Source: an uncultured Rickettsiales bacterium
GTDB taxonomy: Bacteria > Pseudomonadota > Alphaproteobacteria > Rickettsiales > SXRF01
Reading direction: 5' to 3'
Length of the DNA stretch: 64,000 nt
Assembly (NCBI GenBank): GCA_964405685.1
Contig: CAYOOP010000001.1
Coordinates: 124,551 to 188,550 of the forward strand
In this document: positions 54,400 through 64,000 of the stretch, in pieces
Layout: each line of letters begins with the position of its first letter
Numbering within the stretch: the stretch's first letter is position 1
Position numbers and translations under genes: made by a program
The notes under the pieces: model-generated
Database searches by the model: none
What the model saw: the letters and a program-made list of their open reading frames with translations, nothing else
What the model was told of the DNA's origin: nothing

Positions 54400-55323
54400 T
54401 TATGCACGCTCCATTCTTTTCTTATCCCGCCAATAACAGGCACACCCAACAGGCCACATCAACGCTACTAGTAGATGGGGCACAATTCCGTGTAGCGGCC
54501 AACGCTTTCCTGGCTGAGAGTCTTGTAAATGTTTATGAAAGCGTGTGTAGTTAGCGGCTGTTTTAAGGATATCTTTCGGATCAAAACATATCCATGGCCA
54601 ATCGTATTTTAGAACTTCACGTGTCCACAGGCTCGTTCCATCGGCGACTCTCTTGTAATTGGTAGACTTGCCAAGTGAGTCGTTCTCGGTATGAACGATG
54701 CGAAATGTTTCATTCACAAAGCGCGTTTTATAATGTCTTGCGATGGCCCACCAAGCAAGGCCGTCGGGTACAAATCCAACGATATTTTCTGGATACGGAA
54801 ATTGTCTAATAACATCAATATGCTGAAATCCAGCCTTATCGCCACGAATGTGATAACGATAATAGGCTTCACGTGAATCACTATCAAAAATATCAGATGG
54901 AAAGCGGTTGCCGACAATAGCTCCCTCGGTAGTCCTGCAAAGTCCGGTGATGCCTACAAATTTAGAACGGATGTTTTCAGGCATAGCTTTCCAGTGAAAA
55001 TCAAGCCGCTCCATCGCCTCGGGTGTAAATTCATCGTCACTGTCGCCGAATAGCAAAAGCTCTCCTTGAGCTTCAGCAATACCCCTATTATTCGCTACCT
55101 TGTTCTGTTGATTTTCTTGCCAGATATAGCGTATGGGAAACGCCGCAATTTTTTGCCAGGCCTCTACCATTTCGTGGGTGTTGTCTGTTGACCCATCATC
55201 GACAATCAACCACTCAAAGTCCTTAAAGGTTTGCCGTACAAGGCTGTCATACACCCTGTGCAACGTATGCGCACGGTTATAGGTGCGAGTAAAAACAGTG
55301 AAGCGGTATAGATAATTACTCAA
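54400..55323 (-). CDS. GT2 glycosyltransferase
   Basis: FTRTYNRA, EWLIVDDGSTD, DSDD; start set at TTG overlapping the upstream stop. Confidence 0.9.
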   Translation of the reverse strand: MSNYLYRFTVFTRTYNRAHTLHRVYDSLVRQTFKDFEWLIVDDGSTDNTHEMVEAWQKIAAFPIRYIWQENQQNKVANNRGIAEAQGELLLFGDSDDEFTPEAMERLDFHWKAMPENIRSKFVGITGLCRTTEGAIVGNRFPSDIFDSDSREAYYRYHIRGDKAGFQHIDVIRQFPYPENIVGFVPDGLAWWAIARHYKTRFVNETFRIVHTENDSLGKSTNYKRVADGTSLWTREVLKYDWPWICFDPKDILKTAANYTRFHKHLQDSQPGKRWPLHGIVPHLLVALMWPVGCACYWRDKKRMERA

Positions 55324-56179
55324 TAGTCCACCCCGTTCTTTCGCGCAGCAAATTGGCATCTTTATACGCTAGAAAATTAGTGCAAAGGGGGATGACAGCA
55401 TCCCGAGAGATTGGCGTTAGGTGAGTTCCCCTAAGCTTAGCAATTTTAAAATTCTTGGAAGCCAGAAAATCTGCCATATCAGCGAAACTATAACCATACG
55501 TAGCGAAATTCTTATCCCATACTTCAAAGTAAACAAAATCAACGTTGTTGAGAAAATTCTCCGCGCCTTTCAATACGTAATACTCGAACCCCTCGACATC
55601 AATTTTTAGCACGCGAGCCGATTCGTTACCTATCAAACTATCAAGACTAATCACGGGAACCGTAACATTACCCTCGGCTGAAACTTTATTCTGATCATCC
55701 GTGTTAATATCAGTGAATGTCACCCAGCCATTTTCCTGCCCTACGGCAAGTTGCGCTGTTCGAACGTTGTGAAGATTATTACGTTTAATATTTTCTCTTA
55801 AGAAGGTAACCGTACGTGGATGCGCCTCAAAAGCAGTCACCACACCTGAGGGACCCACTTTTCGCGCTGCTAAAACAGTAAGAAGACCGACATTGGCCCC
55901 CACATCTATGAAACGCTCACCGCTGCGTAGCAAGGACCTGAGCACATAACAATCGTCACACGATATGTCAGGGTACACCCAAAGTGACAATGAATGTGAC
56001 GCAGGGTGCAGACGTAATTTATAATCTTCCCCCACAACATTAAAGAAACGCCATAATCCTGAGTGCCGCAGTACACGTGAAATAAGAAAACGAATCGGAC
56101 GGGGCTGCGAGACGATTATTCGAATATATTTTTGCATTTTCTGCGTAAAATTCTTACGTTTTATGTCTGTCATTCTCAA
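55316..56179 (-). CDS. FkbM-family methyltransferase
   Basis: FIDVGANVG, AFEAHP, LKIDVEGFE. Confidence 0.9.
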   Translation of the reverse strand: MRMTDIKRKNFTQKMQKYIRIIVSQPRPIRFLISRVLRHSGLWRFFNVVGEDYKLRLHPASHSLSLWVYPDISCDDCYVLRSLLRSGERFIDVGANVGLLTVLAARKVGPSGVVTAFEAHPRTVTFLRENIKRNNLHNVRTAQLAVGQENGWVTFTDINTDDQNKVSAEGNVTVPVISLDSLIGNESARVLKIDVEGFEYYVLKGAENFLNNVDFVYFEVWDKNFATYGYSFADMADFLASKNFKIAKLRGTHLTPISRDAVIPLCTNFLAYKDANLLRERTGWTIE

Positions 56180-56598
56180 TCCCTTTAAATAATCACCACC
56201 CTACTTGACGAGTGTGTGTTATGTCAAAACAACCCTGGCATTGTAGTTCTATAAGCTTAATTATTTATAAATCATTAGCCTCTAATGCACCTGGTCAAGA
56301 AATTCTGTAGATGGTTTTGGATAGGTTTGGATTCAACTACAGGTCGCGAAAAGATATCGAAACGCAACATCAAGAATATTTTCCAACTACGGTATATTAA
56401 GGATGAATGGCTACGCGCACGGCTGGAAAATAAAGCCTGGTAACGCGCCTGTTGCCGAAATATATAAATCAATCGGTTGTTAGGAAGCTAGCTGGCCTGA
56501 TATTCGTGTACCGGAAACGTTAAACATGGGCGTAATGTAATGAATTATTAAGGGTTTATACCCTATGATCCGTCGACGGTTCATCACAAAAAGCGCCT

Positions 56599-57900
56599 AT
56601 GCCCACCTCATCCTCAAACTCTTCTAGTGTCATCTCCGTCATCGGACTGGGCTATGTAGGGCTGCCGGTTGCGGTTGCCTTTGCCAATACATTTCCGGTG
56701 ATTGGGTTTGATGTAAACCAACGACGCATTCACGAACTTGCCAATGGAACGGATGCGAATGAACAAATACAGCCTAGCGGGCTAAAAAACAGCAACCTCA
56801 GCTTTACCGCCAACGCTCACGATTTGCGTAACGCCAATTTCCACATCATCACCGTACCCACACCGGTCGATAAAGGCCAACAACCCGATTTGTCCTGCCT
56901 TATTGCCGCTTCGCAAACCGTCGGCAAAGCGCTCAAGAAAGGCGACATCGTCATTTATGAATCAACCGTCTACCCCGGTGCGACCGAAGAAGAATGCGTT
57001 CCGGTCTTAGAGAAAAATTCCGGCCTCACCTACAACACTGATTTCTTCGTCGGCTACAGCCCCGAGCGTATCAATCCCGGCGATACGGAACATACGTTTG
57101 AAACCATCCGCAAAGTCGTTTCCGGCTCCACGCCAGAAGCATTGGAAAAAATCGCAGCAATGTATGGCACCGTCGTCAAAGCAGGCATCCACAAAGCACC
57201 GACGATCAAAGTAGCCGAAGCAGCCAAAGTCATCGAAAACACACAGCGCGATCTCAATATTGCGCTCATGAATGAATGCGCGGTGCTGTTTGAAAAACTT
57301 GATATCGACACGTGCGATGTGCTGGCGGCAGCGCGCACCAAGTGGAATTTTCTTCCGTTTGTTCCCGGCCTCGTCGGCGGCCATTGCATTGGGGTAGACC
57401 CTTATTACCTCACCCATAAAGCCATCACAGTCGGGTATCACCCGCAAGTCATCTTGGCCGGCCGGCGCATCAACGACGGCATGGGTGCTTTCATCGCCGA
57501 ACGCACCATCAAAGAACTAATCCGCGCGGGGCAAAGCATTCTCGGTGCCCAAGCCACCGTGCTTGGTATTACGTTTAAAGAAAACTGCAAAGACATCCGC
57601 AATAGCAAGGTGATCGACGTCATCCATGCCCTGCAAGGCTACGGCATGGACGTGCAGATTCATGATCCGATTGCTGATCCTGAAGAAGTGAAACACGAAT
57701 ACGGGCTCACCCTCACCCCGTGGGACAAGCTCAAACCAGCTAAAGCCATCATCTCTGTCGTCGCGCATGATGAGTATAAAAAACTTTCCGTAGACAACAT
57801 GTCTGACCTCATGACCCCCAACCCGATATTGATTGACGTCAAAGCGCTATTCGATGGCAATGCGTTTACCAAGCGCGGTGTGCGCTATTGGCGGTTATAG
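56599..57900 (+). CDS. UDP-N-acetylhexosamine 6-dehydrogenase (TviB/WbpO-like)
   Basis: GLGYVG, IYESTVYPG, GYSPERINPGD, AEAAKVIENTQRD, GGHCIGVDPYY. Confidence 0.93.
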   Translation: MPTSSSNSSSVISVIGLGYVGLPVAVAFANTFPVIGFDVNQRRIHELANGTDANEQIQPSGLKNSNLSFTANAHDLRNANFHIITVPTPVDKGQQPDLSCLIAASQTVGKALKKGDIVIYESTVYPGATEEECVPVLEKNSGLTYNTDFFVGYSPERINPGDTEHTFETIRKVVSGSTPEALEKIAAMYGTVVKAGIHKAPTIKVAEAAKVIENTQRDLNIALMNECAVLFEKLDIDTCDVLAAARTKWNFLPFVPGLVGGHCIGVDPYYLTHKAITVGYHPQVILAGRRINDGMGAFIAERTIKELIRAGQSILGAQATVLGITFKENCKDIRNSKVIDVIHALQGYGMDVQIHDPIADPEEVKHEYGLTLTPWDKLKPAKAIISVVAHDEYKKLSVDNMSDLMTPNPILIDVKALFDGNAFTKRGVRYWRL

Positions 57901-57902
57901 CT

Positions 57903-58928
57903 ATGGCTACTTATTCTCAAATTCAGCAAGAGCTACGGCAACATCCACGCAAGTGGCTCGTCACCGGTGCTGCCGGATTCATAGGCTCGCACTTGGTAGA
58001 AACCCTGCTATCGCTTTCTCAGCACGTAGTGGGGTTAGATAGCTTCATCACCGGCTCACCTGCTAACCTCAAAGCGGCCACTGCCACTGGAGCTGGCACC
58101 TTTGACTTTATTGAAGGCGACATCTGCGATCCCAATACTTGCGCGAAGGCCGTAAAAGGAGTGGATATTATTCTCCATCAAGCAGCACTCGGCAGCGTAC
58201 CGCGTTCCATCGCCGAACCGCGTATCGTGCATGAAATTAATGTCGATGGTTTTATGAACATGCTCCTTGCCGCCAAAGATGCCGGCATCAATCGCTTCGT
58301 CTATGCCAGTTCCTCGGCATGCTACGGCGATAGCGAAACCCTACCCAAACGTGAAGGCGAAGAAGGCAAACAACTCTCCCCCTATGCCGCTACCAAAACC
58401 ATCAACGATGTGTATGCGCAAGTGTTTGCACATTCCTATGGCATGAAAACCATCGGCCTGCGCTACTTCAACGTCTTCGGCCCACGGCAAGACCCGAACG
58501 GTCCTTATGCCGCGGTGGTTCCCTTATGGATGAATAATCTCACCCAAGGTATCGATTGCTATATCAACGGCGACGGCAAAACCAGCCGCGATTTTTGTTA
58601 TATTGCCAACGTGGTGCAAGCGAATATCATCGCGGGTCTGGCACCTGAGACTGTAGCTGGTGAGGTGATCAACGTCGCCGTAGGCGACACCACCACCCTC
58701 ACTCAATTATTCGACGCGATTCGTGATGCTATAAGTAAGCACCATCCCCAAGCTGCACGCCTGAAACCGCACTACCGCGCTTTTCGTGAAGGTGATATTC
58801 GCCACTCGTTAGCGGATATCAGCAAAGCTAAAAACTTACTTGGCTACGCCCCAACACACAGTCTAGCTCAGGGCCTTCAGGAAACGGCTGCTTGGTACGT
58901 CTTTCAACAACTGCCGAATCATGGATGA
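57903..58928 (+). CDS. UDP-GlcNAc 4-epimerase (TviC/WbpP-like SDR)
   Basis: WLVTGAAGFIGS, HQAALGSVPRS, SPYAATK, LRYFNVFGPRQDPNGPYAAV. Confidence 0.92.
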   Translation: MATYSQIQQELRQHPRKWLVTGAAGFIGSHLVETLLSLSQHVVGLDSFITGSPANLKAATATGAGTFDFIEGDICDPNTCAKAVKGVDIILHQAALGSVPRSIAEPRIVHEINVDGFMNMLLAAKDAGINRFVYASSSACYGDSETLPKREGEEGKQLSPYAATKTINDVYAQVFAHSYGMKTIGLRYFNVFGPRQDPNGPYAAVVPLWMNNLTQGIDCYINGDGKTSRDFCYIANVVQANIIAGLAPETVAGEVINVAVGDTTTLTQLFDAIRDAISKHHPQAARLKPHYRAFREGDIRHSLADISKAKNLLGYAPTHSLAQGLQETAAWYVFQQLPNHG

Positions 58929-60040
58929 GGGCGCGGCCTGACATCACAGTTTTTATCCATTCCCTTGGTGGGGGCGGTGCCGAACGCGTGGCGGTAACAC
59001 TATGTAACGCCTTCATAGAAAGAAATAAACGGGTACACCTCATTGTCATGACCAAGGACGGCGTATATTGGAACCTGCTCTCTCCCAAGGTAGAAGTCTT
59101 CAATCTACGCTGTAACAAGATGTGGAGGGCACTGTTACCTTTGACCTATTATTTGCTCAACCAACGCCCTAAAAAATTATTGTCCATAATTACTGAATTA
59201 AACGCTGCTGCAATCATTGCAAATTTGCTCGCTTTTAAACCCTCTCAAGTCTTTCCGTGTGAGCATTCTACCTTTAGTTATATCGCTCATCTCCAAACGG
59301 GCAGGAGAAAATACATTTATGCTCGCCTTCCCTTACTTTATCATCTCGCTTCGAAAGTAATCTGTGTATCTAAGGGTGTCGCAGAAGATCTACGTTCTTT
59401 CGTATCGCTCCCAGCATCAAAAATAGCAGTGGTATACAACCCCATCATGCACAAAGAGTTGCTGCAGTGGAAGAGCGAGCCCCTTGATCACCCATGGGTT
59501 AATTCGCAAGAAAAAATAGTGTTGAGTGTAGGTAGGTTGGATGCAGCAAAGAATTATAGCTTACTGATAGAAGCGTTTGCAGAAGTCCGTAAGCGATATA
59601 ACATTAAATTGATCATTCTCGGAGAAGGCACGGAAAGACAAACTCTCCAGCGCCTTATTGATACGCTGAAACTCTCCGAAGACGTGGATATGCCGGGGTT
59701 TAAAGAGAACCCCTATAACTATATGGCATCCGCCACGCTTTTTGTGTTGTCCTCGAACCTTGAGGGCTTACCCACAGTGCTACTCGAAGCGTTGGCCTGT
59801 GGCACCCCTGTGATATCCACCGACTGCAAAAGCGGCCCTCAAGAAATTCTTGAAGATAACACCTACGGCATTCTTGTGCCCGTAGGTGATAAAAGCAAGT
59901 TGGTTGATGCCATTACAAAGGGGTTAACCCACATTGAAACGCATAGGGAGATGGCAACCGCTTTTCAGCAAAAGAAACTCTGTGAGTTTATGCCGGAGGC
60001 AGTCATTACAAAATACTTAGAAGCATTGGAATTGCAATGA
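58925..60040 (+). CDS. GT4 glycosyltransferase (tandem paralog 1)
   Basis: HSLGGGGAERVAVTLCNA, SSNLEGLPTVLLEALACG. Confidence 0.92.
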   Translation: MRARPDITVFIHSLGGGGAERVAVTLCNAFIERNKRVHLIVMTKDGVYWNLLSPKVEVFNLRCNKMWRALLPLTYYLLNQRPKKLLSIITELNAAAIIANLLAFKPSQVFPCEHSTFSYIAHLQTGRRKYIYARLPLLYHLASKVICVSKGVAEDLRSFVSLPASKIAVVYNPIMHKELLQWKSEPLDHPWVNSQEKIVLSVGRLDAAKNYSLLIEAFAEVRKRYNIKLIILGEGTERQTLQRLIDTLKLSEDVDMPGFKENPYNYMASATLFVLSSNLEGLPTVLLEALACGTPVISTDCKSGPQEILEDNTYGILVPVGDKSKLVDAITKGLTHIETHREMATAFQQKKLCEFMPEAVITKYLEALELQ

Positions 60041-61173
60041 GCGCGATCTCTTCTCATGTCATCGTAGAGCCTCCGGATATCGCTATTTTTATCCATTCTC
60101 TCGGCGGTGGTGGTGCTGAACGTGTAGCGGTGACATTGTGCAATGCTCTCGCAGAGAATAACAAACGGGTGCATTTGGTTATCTTGGATAGAAAAGGTGT
60201 GTACTGGAACATGCTTTCCCCCAAGGTAGAAATATTTGATCTTAATCGCCCCAGGATGAGAAACGCACTGTTTCCTTTGATGCGCTATTTACGCACCCAT
60301 CGTCCTGCTACATTATTATGCTTTCTATCTATGGCGAATGTAACGGGTATTATCGCCAATCTATTGGCATTAAAGCCATCAAGAGTCATCGTCAACGAAC
60401 GCGCGGTCTATAGTTCTTACGAAAACACGCACAAAGGTCCTTTTAAATTACTCTACCGCTTGCTACCCTTACTTTATCATTTTGCTAATCACATGATTTG
60501 TGTATCGCAAGGTGTGGCGAATGATCTTCAACCATTGGTATCTCTGCCACCTCATAAAGTATCTGTGATTTATAACCCCACGATACGTGATGAATTACAC
60601 ACCTTAAAAACAGCCCCCGTAGAGCACTCCTGGTTTAATTCAGACCATCCAGTAATACTAAGCGCGGGGAGATTGGAGTCAGAAAAAAACTACTCTTTGC
60701 TTATCGAAGCTTTTGCGGAAGTACGTAAAACACACAAAGCCAAGTTAGTTATTCTTGGAGATGGCCCCGAAAGAGAACAGCTTCAGCGTCTTATAGATAA
60801 TCTTGGAATAACCCAAGATGTAGACATGCCGGGGTTCCAAAACAATCCGTATGCCTATATGGCAAAAGCGACCGCATTTATCATGTGCTCTGATTCGGAA
60901 GGTCTTCCCAATGCCCTCATTGAAGCGCTGGCTTGTGGCTGCCCTGTGGTTGCGACCGACTGTCCAGGAGGTATGCGGGAGATCATAGCGGATCAACGCT
61001 ATGGCTTGTTGGTCCCCAAAGGTAATCCAGCACAATTAGCGAAGGCTATCAACACGATCCTAAAAGATCCGATCCACGCACGCGCGCAAGTATCGGCTTT
61101 CCACAATGAGCAACTGTATCGATTTACCCCCGAAACGGTTATCCCCCAATACAAAGAGGTGTTAGGGCTATGA
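60037..61173 (+). CDS. GT4 glycosyltransferase (tandem paralog 2)
   Basis: HSLGGGGAERVAVTLCNA, SDSEGLPNALIEALACG. Confidence 0.92.
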   Translation: MSAISSHVIVEPPDIAIFIHSLGGGGAERVAVTLCNALAENNKRVHLVILDRKGVYWNMLSPKVEIFDLNRPRMRNALFPLMRYLRTHRPATLLCFLSMANVTGIIANLLALKPSRVIVNERAVYSSYENTHKGPFKLLYRLLPLLYHFANHMICVSQGVANDLQPLVSLPPHKVSVIYNPTIRDELHTLKTAPVEHSWFNSDHPVILSAGRLESEKNYSLLIEAFAEVRKTHKAKLVILGDGPEREQLQRLIDNLGITQDVDMPGFQNNPYAYMAKATAFIMCSDSEGLPNALIEALACGCPVVATDCPGGMREIIADQRYGLLVPKGNPAQLAKAINTILKDPIHARAQVSAFHNEQLYRFTPETVIPQYKEVLGL

Positions 61174-62306
61174 TTTCAAAACCTTCACAACTCATCAACT
61201 CTCGCTCCGACATTGCGGTATTCATTCATTCATTGGCCGGTGGCGGTGCCGAACGTGTAGCAGTAACGTTATGCAACGCCTTCGCTGATGAAGGCAAAAA
61301 AGTGCATCTCGTGGTAGTCAATAAAGAAGGTGCCTATTGGGAGAATCTATCTCCCAAGGTGGAAGTCGTAAACTTACAACGGCGCTCTATGATACAAGCG
61401 CTGCTCCCATTGACGCGGTATCTCTACACGCATCGCCCGCCTATACTACTGTGCTTTATGACCAAAGCGAATGCAGTAGGAGTTTTAGCTAATATGTTTG
61501 CACTCAAGCCTTCCCGTGTGGTGGTCAATGAACGCGTCACCTATAGCTTTGTTACGGGTACTAAACGAGGCATGAGTAGACTCATCGCTCTCGGATTGCC
61601 TCAAATCTACCATTTTGCTGACAGATTAATCTGTGTCTCTCAAAGCGTAGGGGCTGACTTACGCCAATTTGTTTCGCTGCCGGCTAACAAAGTCACGGTT
61701 ATTTATAATCCGACGGTACGGAAAGATTTGTATCTTCTAAAAGAAACCGCAGTGGACCATCCATGGGTTGCACCAGACCAGCCACCCGTATTGCTGGCCG
61801 TGGGTAGACTAGAGCCGCAAAAAAATTATGATTTACTGCTGCATAGCTTTGCCAATATAGATAAAAGTCTACGCGCACGACTGCTTATTTTGGGTGAAGG
61901 GGGGGAGCGGAAAAAACTCGAGCAACTCATGCATCACTTAGAGATAGAGGACTGCGTGGACATGCCTGGATTTCGCAATAACCCGTATGCATATATGGCA
62001 AAGGCAACTGCCTTTATTACGTGTTCTGATGCAGAAGGGTTATCTAATGTACTCATTGAGGCATTAGCGTGCGGGTGCCCCGTTATTGCAACCGATTGTG
62101 CAGGAAACGACGAAATACTAGATGATGGACAGTATGGATTATTAATACGCAAGGGCAGCCAGGAACTCTTGACAGCAGCCATAAACACCACCTTAAGGGA
62201 TATAGCAGCAGCAAAAGAGCGCGTAACGGCATTCCACAAAAACCAGATACACCTATTTACTCCTGAAACCGTAATTCCCCAATACATGGAGGCATTAGGA
62301 CTATGA
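61170..62306 (+). CDS. GT4 glycosyltransferase (tandem paralog 3)
   Basis: HSLAGGGAERVAVTLCNA, SDAEGLSNVLIEALACG. Confidence 0.92.
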   Translation: MISKPSQLINSRSDIAVFIHSLAGGGAERVAVTLCNAFADEGKKVHLVVVNKEGAYWENLSPKVEVVNLQRRSMIQALLPLTRYLYTHRPPILLCFMTKANAVGVLANMFALKPSRVVVNERVTYSFVTGTKRGMSRLIALGLPQIYHFADRLICVSQSVGADLRQFVSLPANKVTVIYNPTVRKDLYLLKETAVDHPWVAPDQPPVLLAVGRLEPQKNYDLLLHSFANIDKSLRARLLILGEGGERKKLEQLMHHLEIEDCVDMPGFRNNPYAYMAKATAFITCSDAEGLSNVLIEALACGCPVIATDCAGNDEILDDGQYGLLIRKGSQELLTAAINTTLRDIAAAKERVTAFHKNQIHLFTPETVIPQYMEALGL

Positions 62307-63520
62307 CTCCAACCGCAACACACAGCATATCCCTGTTGACCAGGCTACTGCTTTTCCTGATACCGTTTATTTCACTCATCTTCTACGTTCCTTTTTTCTC
62401 AGGGTTCATTCCAGTTTTATTCTTTCTGCTGGTGACCCGCCAACTGCGACTTTCTTCTATAGGCGGCCCCGCGTGGGTAGCGCTTGCTGTATTAGTGGTA
62501 GGGTTTTCTCTCGGATTTACAAACGCAACCGATATGACTGCTGCAATTGATATATGTAAATATGTTATCTATTCGTTTCTTATCATGTTTTTTGTTTCCA
62601 GCATGATCGATAGGTATGGCCATGAAGCGTTGGAAATCATCTTCAAAGGCCTAACCGCTTTGTGTCTCATTGCTAGCGTCTACTCCTTGCTGGTATTCTG
62701 TGACATCTTTCCCGGCTTCGGAGAAGCGTTTATTGACATACACCGAATACAAGGATTTTCAGGCAACCCTAATGCCTTCGGACTCGAGCTCGCTGTAGCC
62801 GTGATGTATTTATATCATAAAATGGGTTTAGCGGCCAAGCCTATGAGAAAAATAGTCATCCTCATGGGAATTGCTTTAATGGTTGTTTGTACCCTGCTAA
62901 CATATTCACGTGCCGCCTGGGGCATGTTGTTCCTTGCTACATGTTGTTATTCGTTATTTCTAGCCTTCAATAAAAGAACAACCTATGCCATCGGCAGATT
63001 AGTCCTAAACTGCATTGGTTTTATTATTATCCTGTTATCGATCTGGCTGGTTGCAGAATCCCTTGATAGCAGCCACCTCCATAGAGAACGTTTGCAATTG
63101 CAGGAGTACGACTCTGAAAGATTCATGATAAATCGCGTTATGTTCGAAGAAAGTCTTGACCACCCACTCGGTATGGGGCCAGGCCAATCCTATGTCTTTC
63201 TCAAAGAAAATTATAGCCATTTGGAGAGCATTGGTGCCATTCACAATGCTTTTTTGCGAATATTATATGAAGCCGGATTTCTAGGAGAGATTGCTTATAT
63301 ATTTTTCTTGATATACCTGACATACGTCGGATGCAAATTGTCGTTATCCTCATGGTACCTTTCCAGGGTTACGGCGGTGGTCACCGCGTTGTTTTTAGGT
63401 TGTTTATTAGAAGGTATGGTGGTTGATCTATTATTCGTCCGCCCCTTCTGGATGATCAATGGAATGATCGTCGGTTTAAATATTCTATACGTACGAAGCA
63501 AAAAAGGAGTGCGTGTGTGA
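62303..63520 (+). CDS. O-antigen ligase/Wzy polymerase family membrane protein
   Basis: Multi-TM; RIQGFSGNPN, LTYSRAAW, HPLGMGPG, HNAFLRILYEAG. Confidence 0.85.
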   Translation: MTPTATHSISLLTRLLLFLIPFISLIFYVPFFSGFIPVLFFLLVTRQLRLSSIGGPAWVALAVLVVGFSLGFTNATDMTAAIDICKYVIYSFLIMFFVSSMIDRYGHEALEIIFKGLTALCLIASVYSLLVFCDIFPGFGEAFIDIHRIQGFSGNPNAFGLELAVAVMYLYHKMGLAAKPMRKIVILMGIALMVVCTLLTYSRAAWGMLFLATCCYSLFLAFNKRTTYAIGRLVLNCIGFIIILLSIWLVAESLDSSHLHRERLQLQEYDSERFMINRVMFEESLDHPLGMGPGQSYVFLKENYSHLESIGAIHNAFLRILYEAGFLGEIAYIFFLIYLTYVGCKLSLSSWYLSRVTAVVTALFLGCLLEGMVVDLLFVRPFWMINGMIVGLNILYVRSKKGVRV

Positions 63521-64000
63521 CCCATTCTTCCCACACCATTCGCTACTATCCTTTGCTTGCAGTCATCTATGCAGGAGCGTTTCAAAACGGCGGTGCCAGT
63601 AAATTCTATATCGCTTTTACTGCCCTAACCGTAGGCGTTTTGGTGTGCTGGATAGCTCTTGTTTCGAAAAATCTGCCGTGTATTCAAAAGAATTCTCGTC
63701 TGCGCCTCAGCACAATAGCCTTCGCCCTATGTATTCTTATCGGTATAGTTCAATGTCTTCCTTTTTCATTCGGAAATTCCGCCGTACTTTATGCTCAAGC
63801 AAGTGATGTTCTGCACTTACCGTTGCATTCGTTTATCAGTATCGCTCCCCAAGAGACATACATAGGCTTACTACGGCTGCTAACCTATGCCGCTGTCTTC
63901 TGGTTAGGGTTGAGCGCGGGTATAAACAGGTTAAGAGCCATACGGCTGCTAACCACCATGGCATGTTTGGGTGGTATTTGTGGTATTGCTAGTCTCTATG
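63517..64000 (+). CDS. Second O-antigen-ligase-like membrane protein, N-terminal part (runs off window end)
   Basis: Open frame from GTG overlapping the upstream stop; hydrophobic, with VQCLP...ISIAPQET...LLRLLTYAAVFWL. Confidence 0.6.
   Translation, partial: MTHSSHTIRYYPLLAVIYAGAFQNGGASKFYIAFTALTVGVLVCWIALVSKNLPCIQKNSRLRLSTIAFALCILIGIVQCLPFSFGNSAVLYAQASDVLHLPLHSFISIAPQETYIGLLRLLTYAAVFWLGLSAGINRLRAIRLLTTMACLGGICGIASLY

Noticed and set aside
56280-56525. Possible decayed methyltransferase-like gene between FkbM and the dehydrogenase
   Set aside because: Protein-like stretches are broken by several stops and frameshifts; family cannot be assigned by eye.

Overview
Bacterial chromosome segment, most likely an alphaproteobacterium (DUF1013 gene, ccoNOQP-GHIS, stand-alone tRNA-Ile; possibly Rickettsiales-like, inference only). 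Left arm (1-16.3 kb): housekeeping genes plus a Pel-type exopolysaccharide operon (pelA'-B-D-E-F-G) with no pelC and no PelA deacetylase domain. Middle (16.3-47.7 kb): an accessory region between two convergent tRNA genes (Ile-GAT on +, Gln-TTG on -). A conserved att-like sequence overlapping the tRNA-Gln 3' end recurs three more times (about 37.05, 31.13 and 18.31 kb) and splits the region into three cargo blocks, none with a recognisable integrase. Block 1 is an FNR-type-regulated cbb3 oxidase module. Block 2 is an operon of an outer-membrane barrel-like protein, an Ig-like protein and five small secreted proteins, four with twin CX3C-type motifs. Block 3 is a 3435-aa RTX protein with an AT-rich N-terminal lytic-transglycosylase-like domain, an FrpC-type Asp-Pro self-processing module and an S8 protease, with candidate immunity genes, a relic of a second cassette and a truncated HlyD. 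Right arm (48-64 kb): cheY, an OafA-like acyltransferase, ilvH and a surface-polysaccharide cluster. All functional calls come from motif recognition only; no searches were run.
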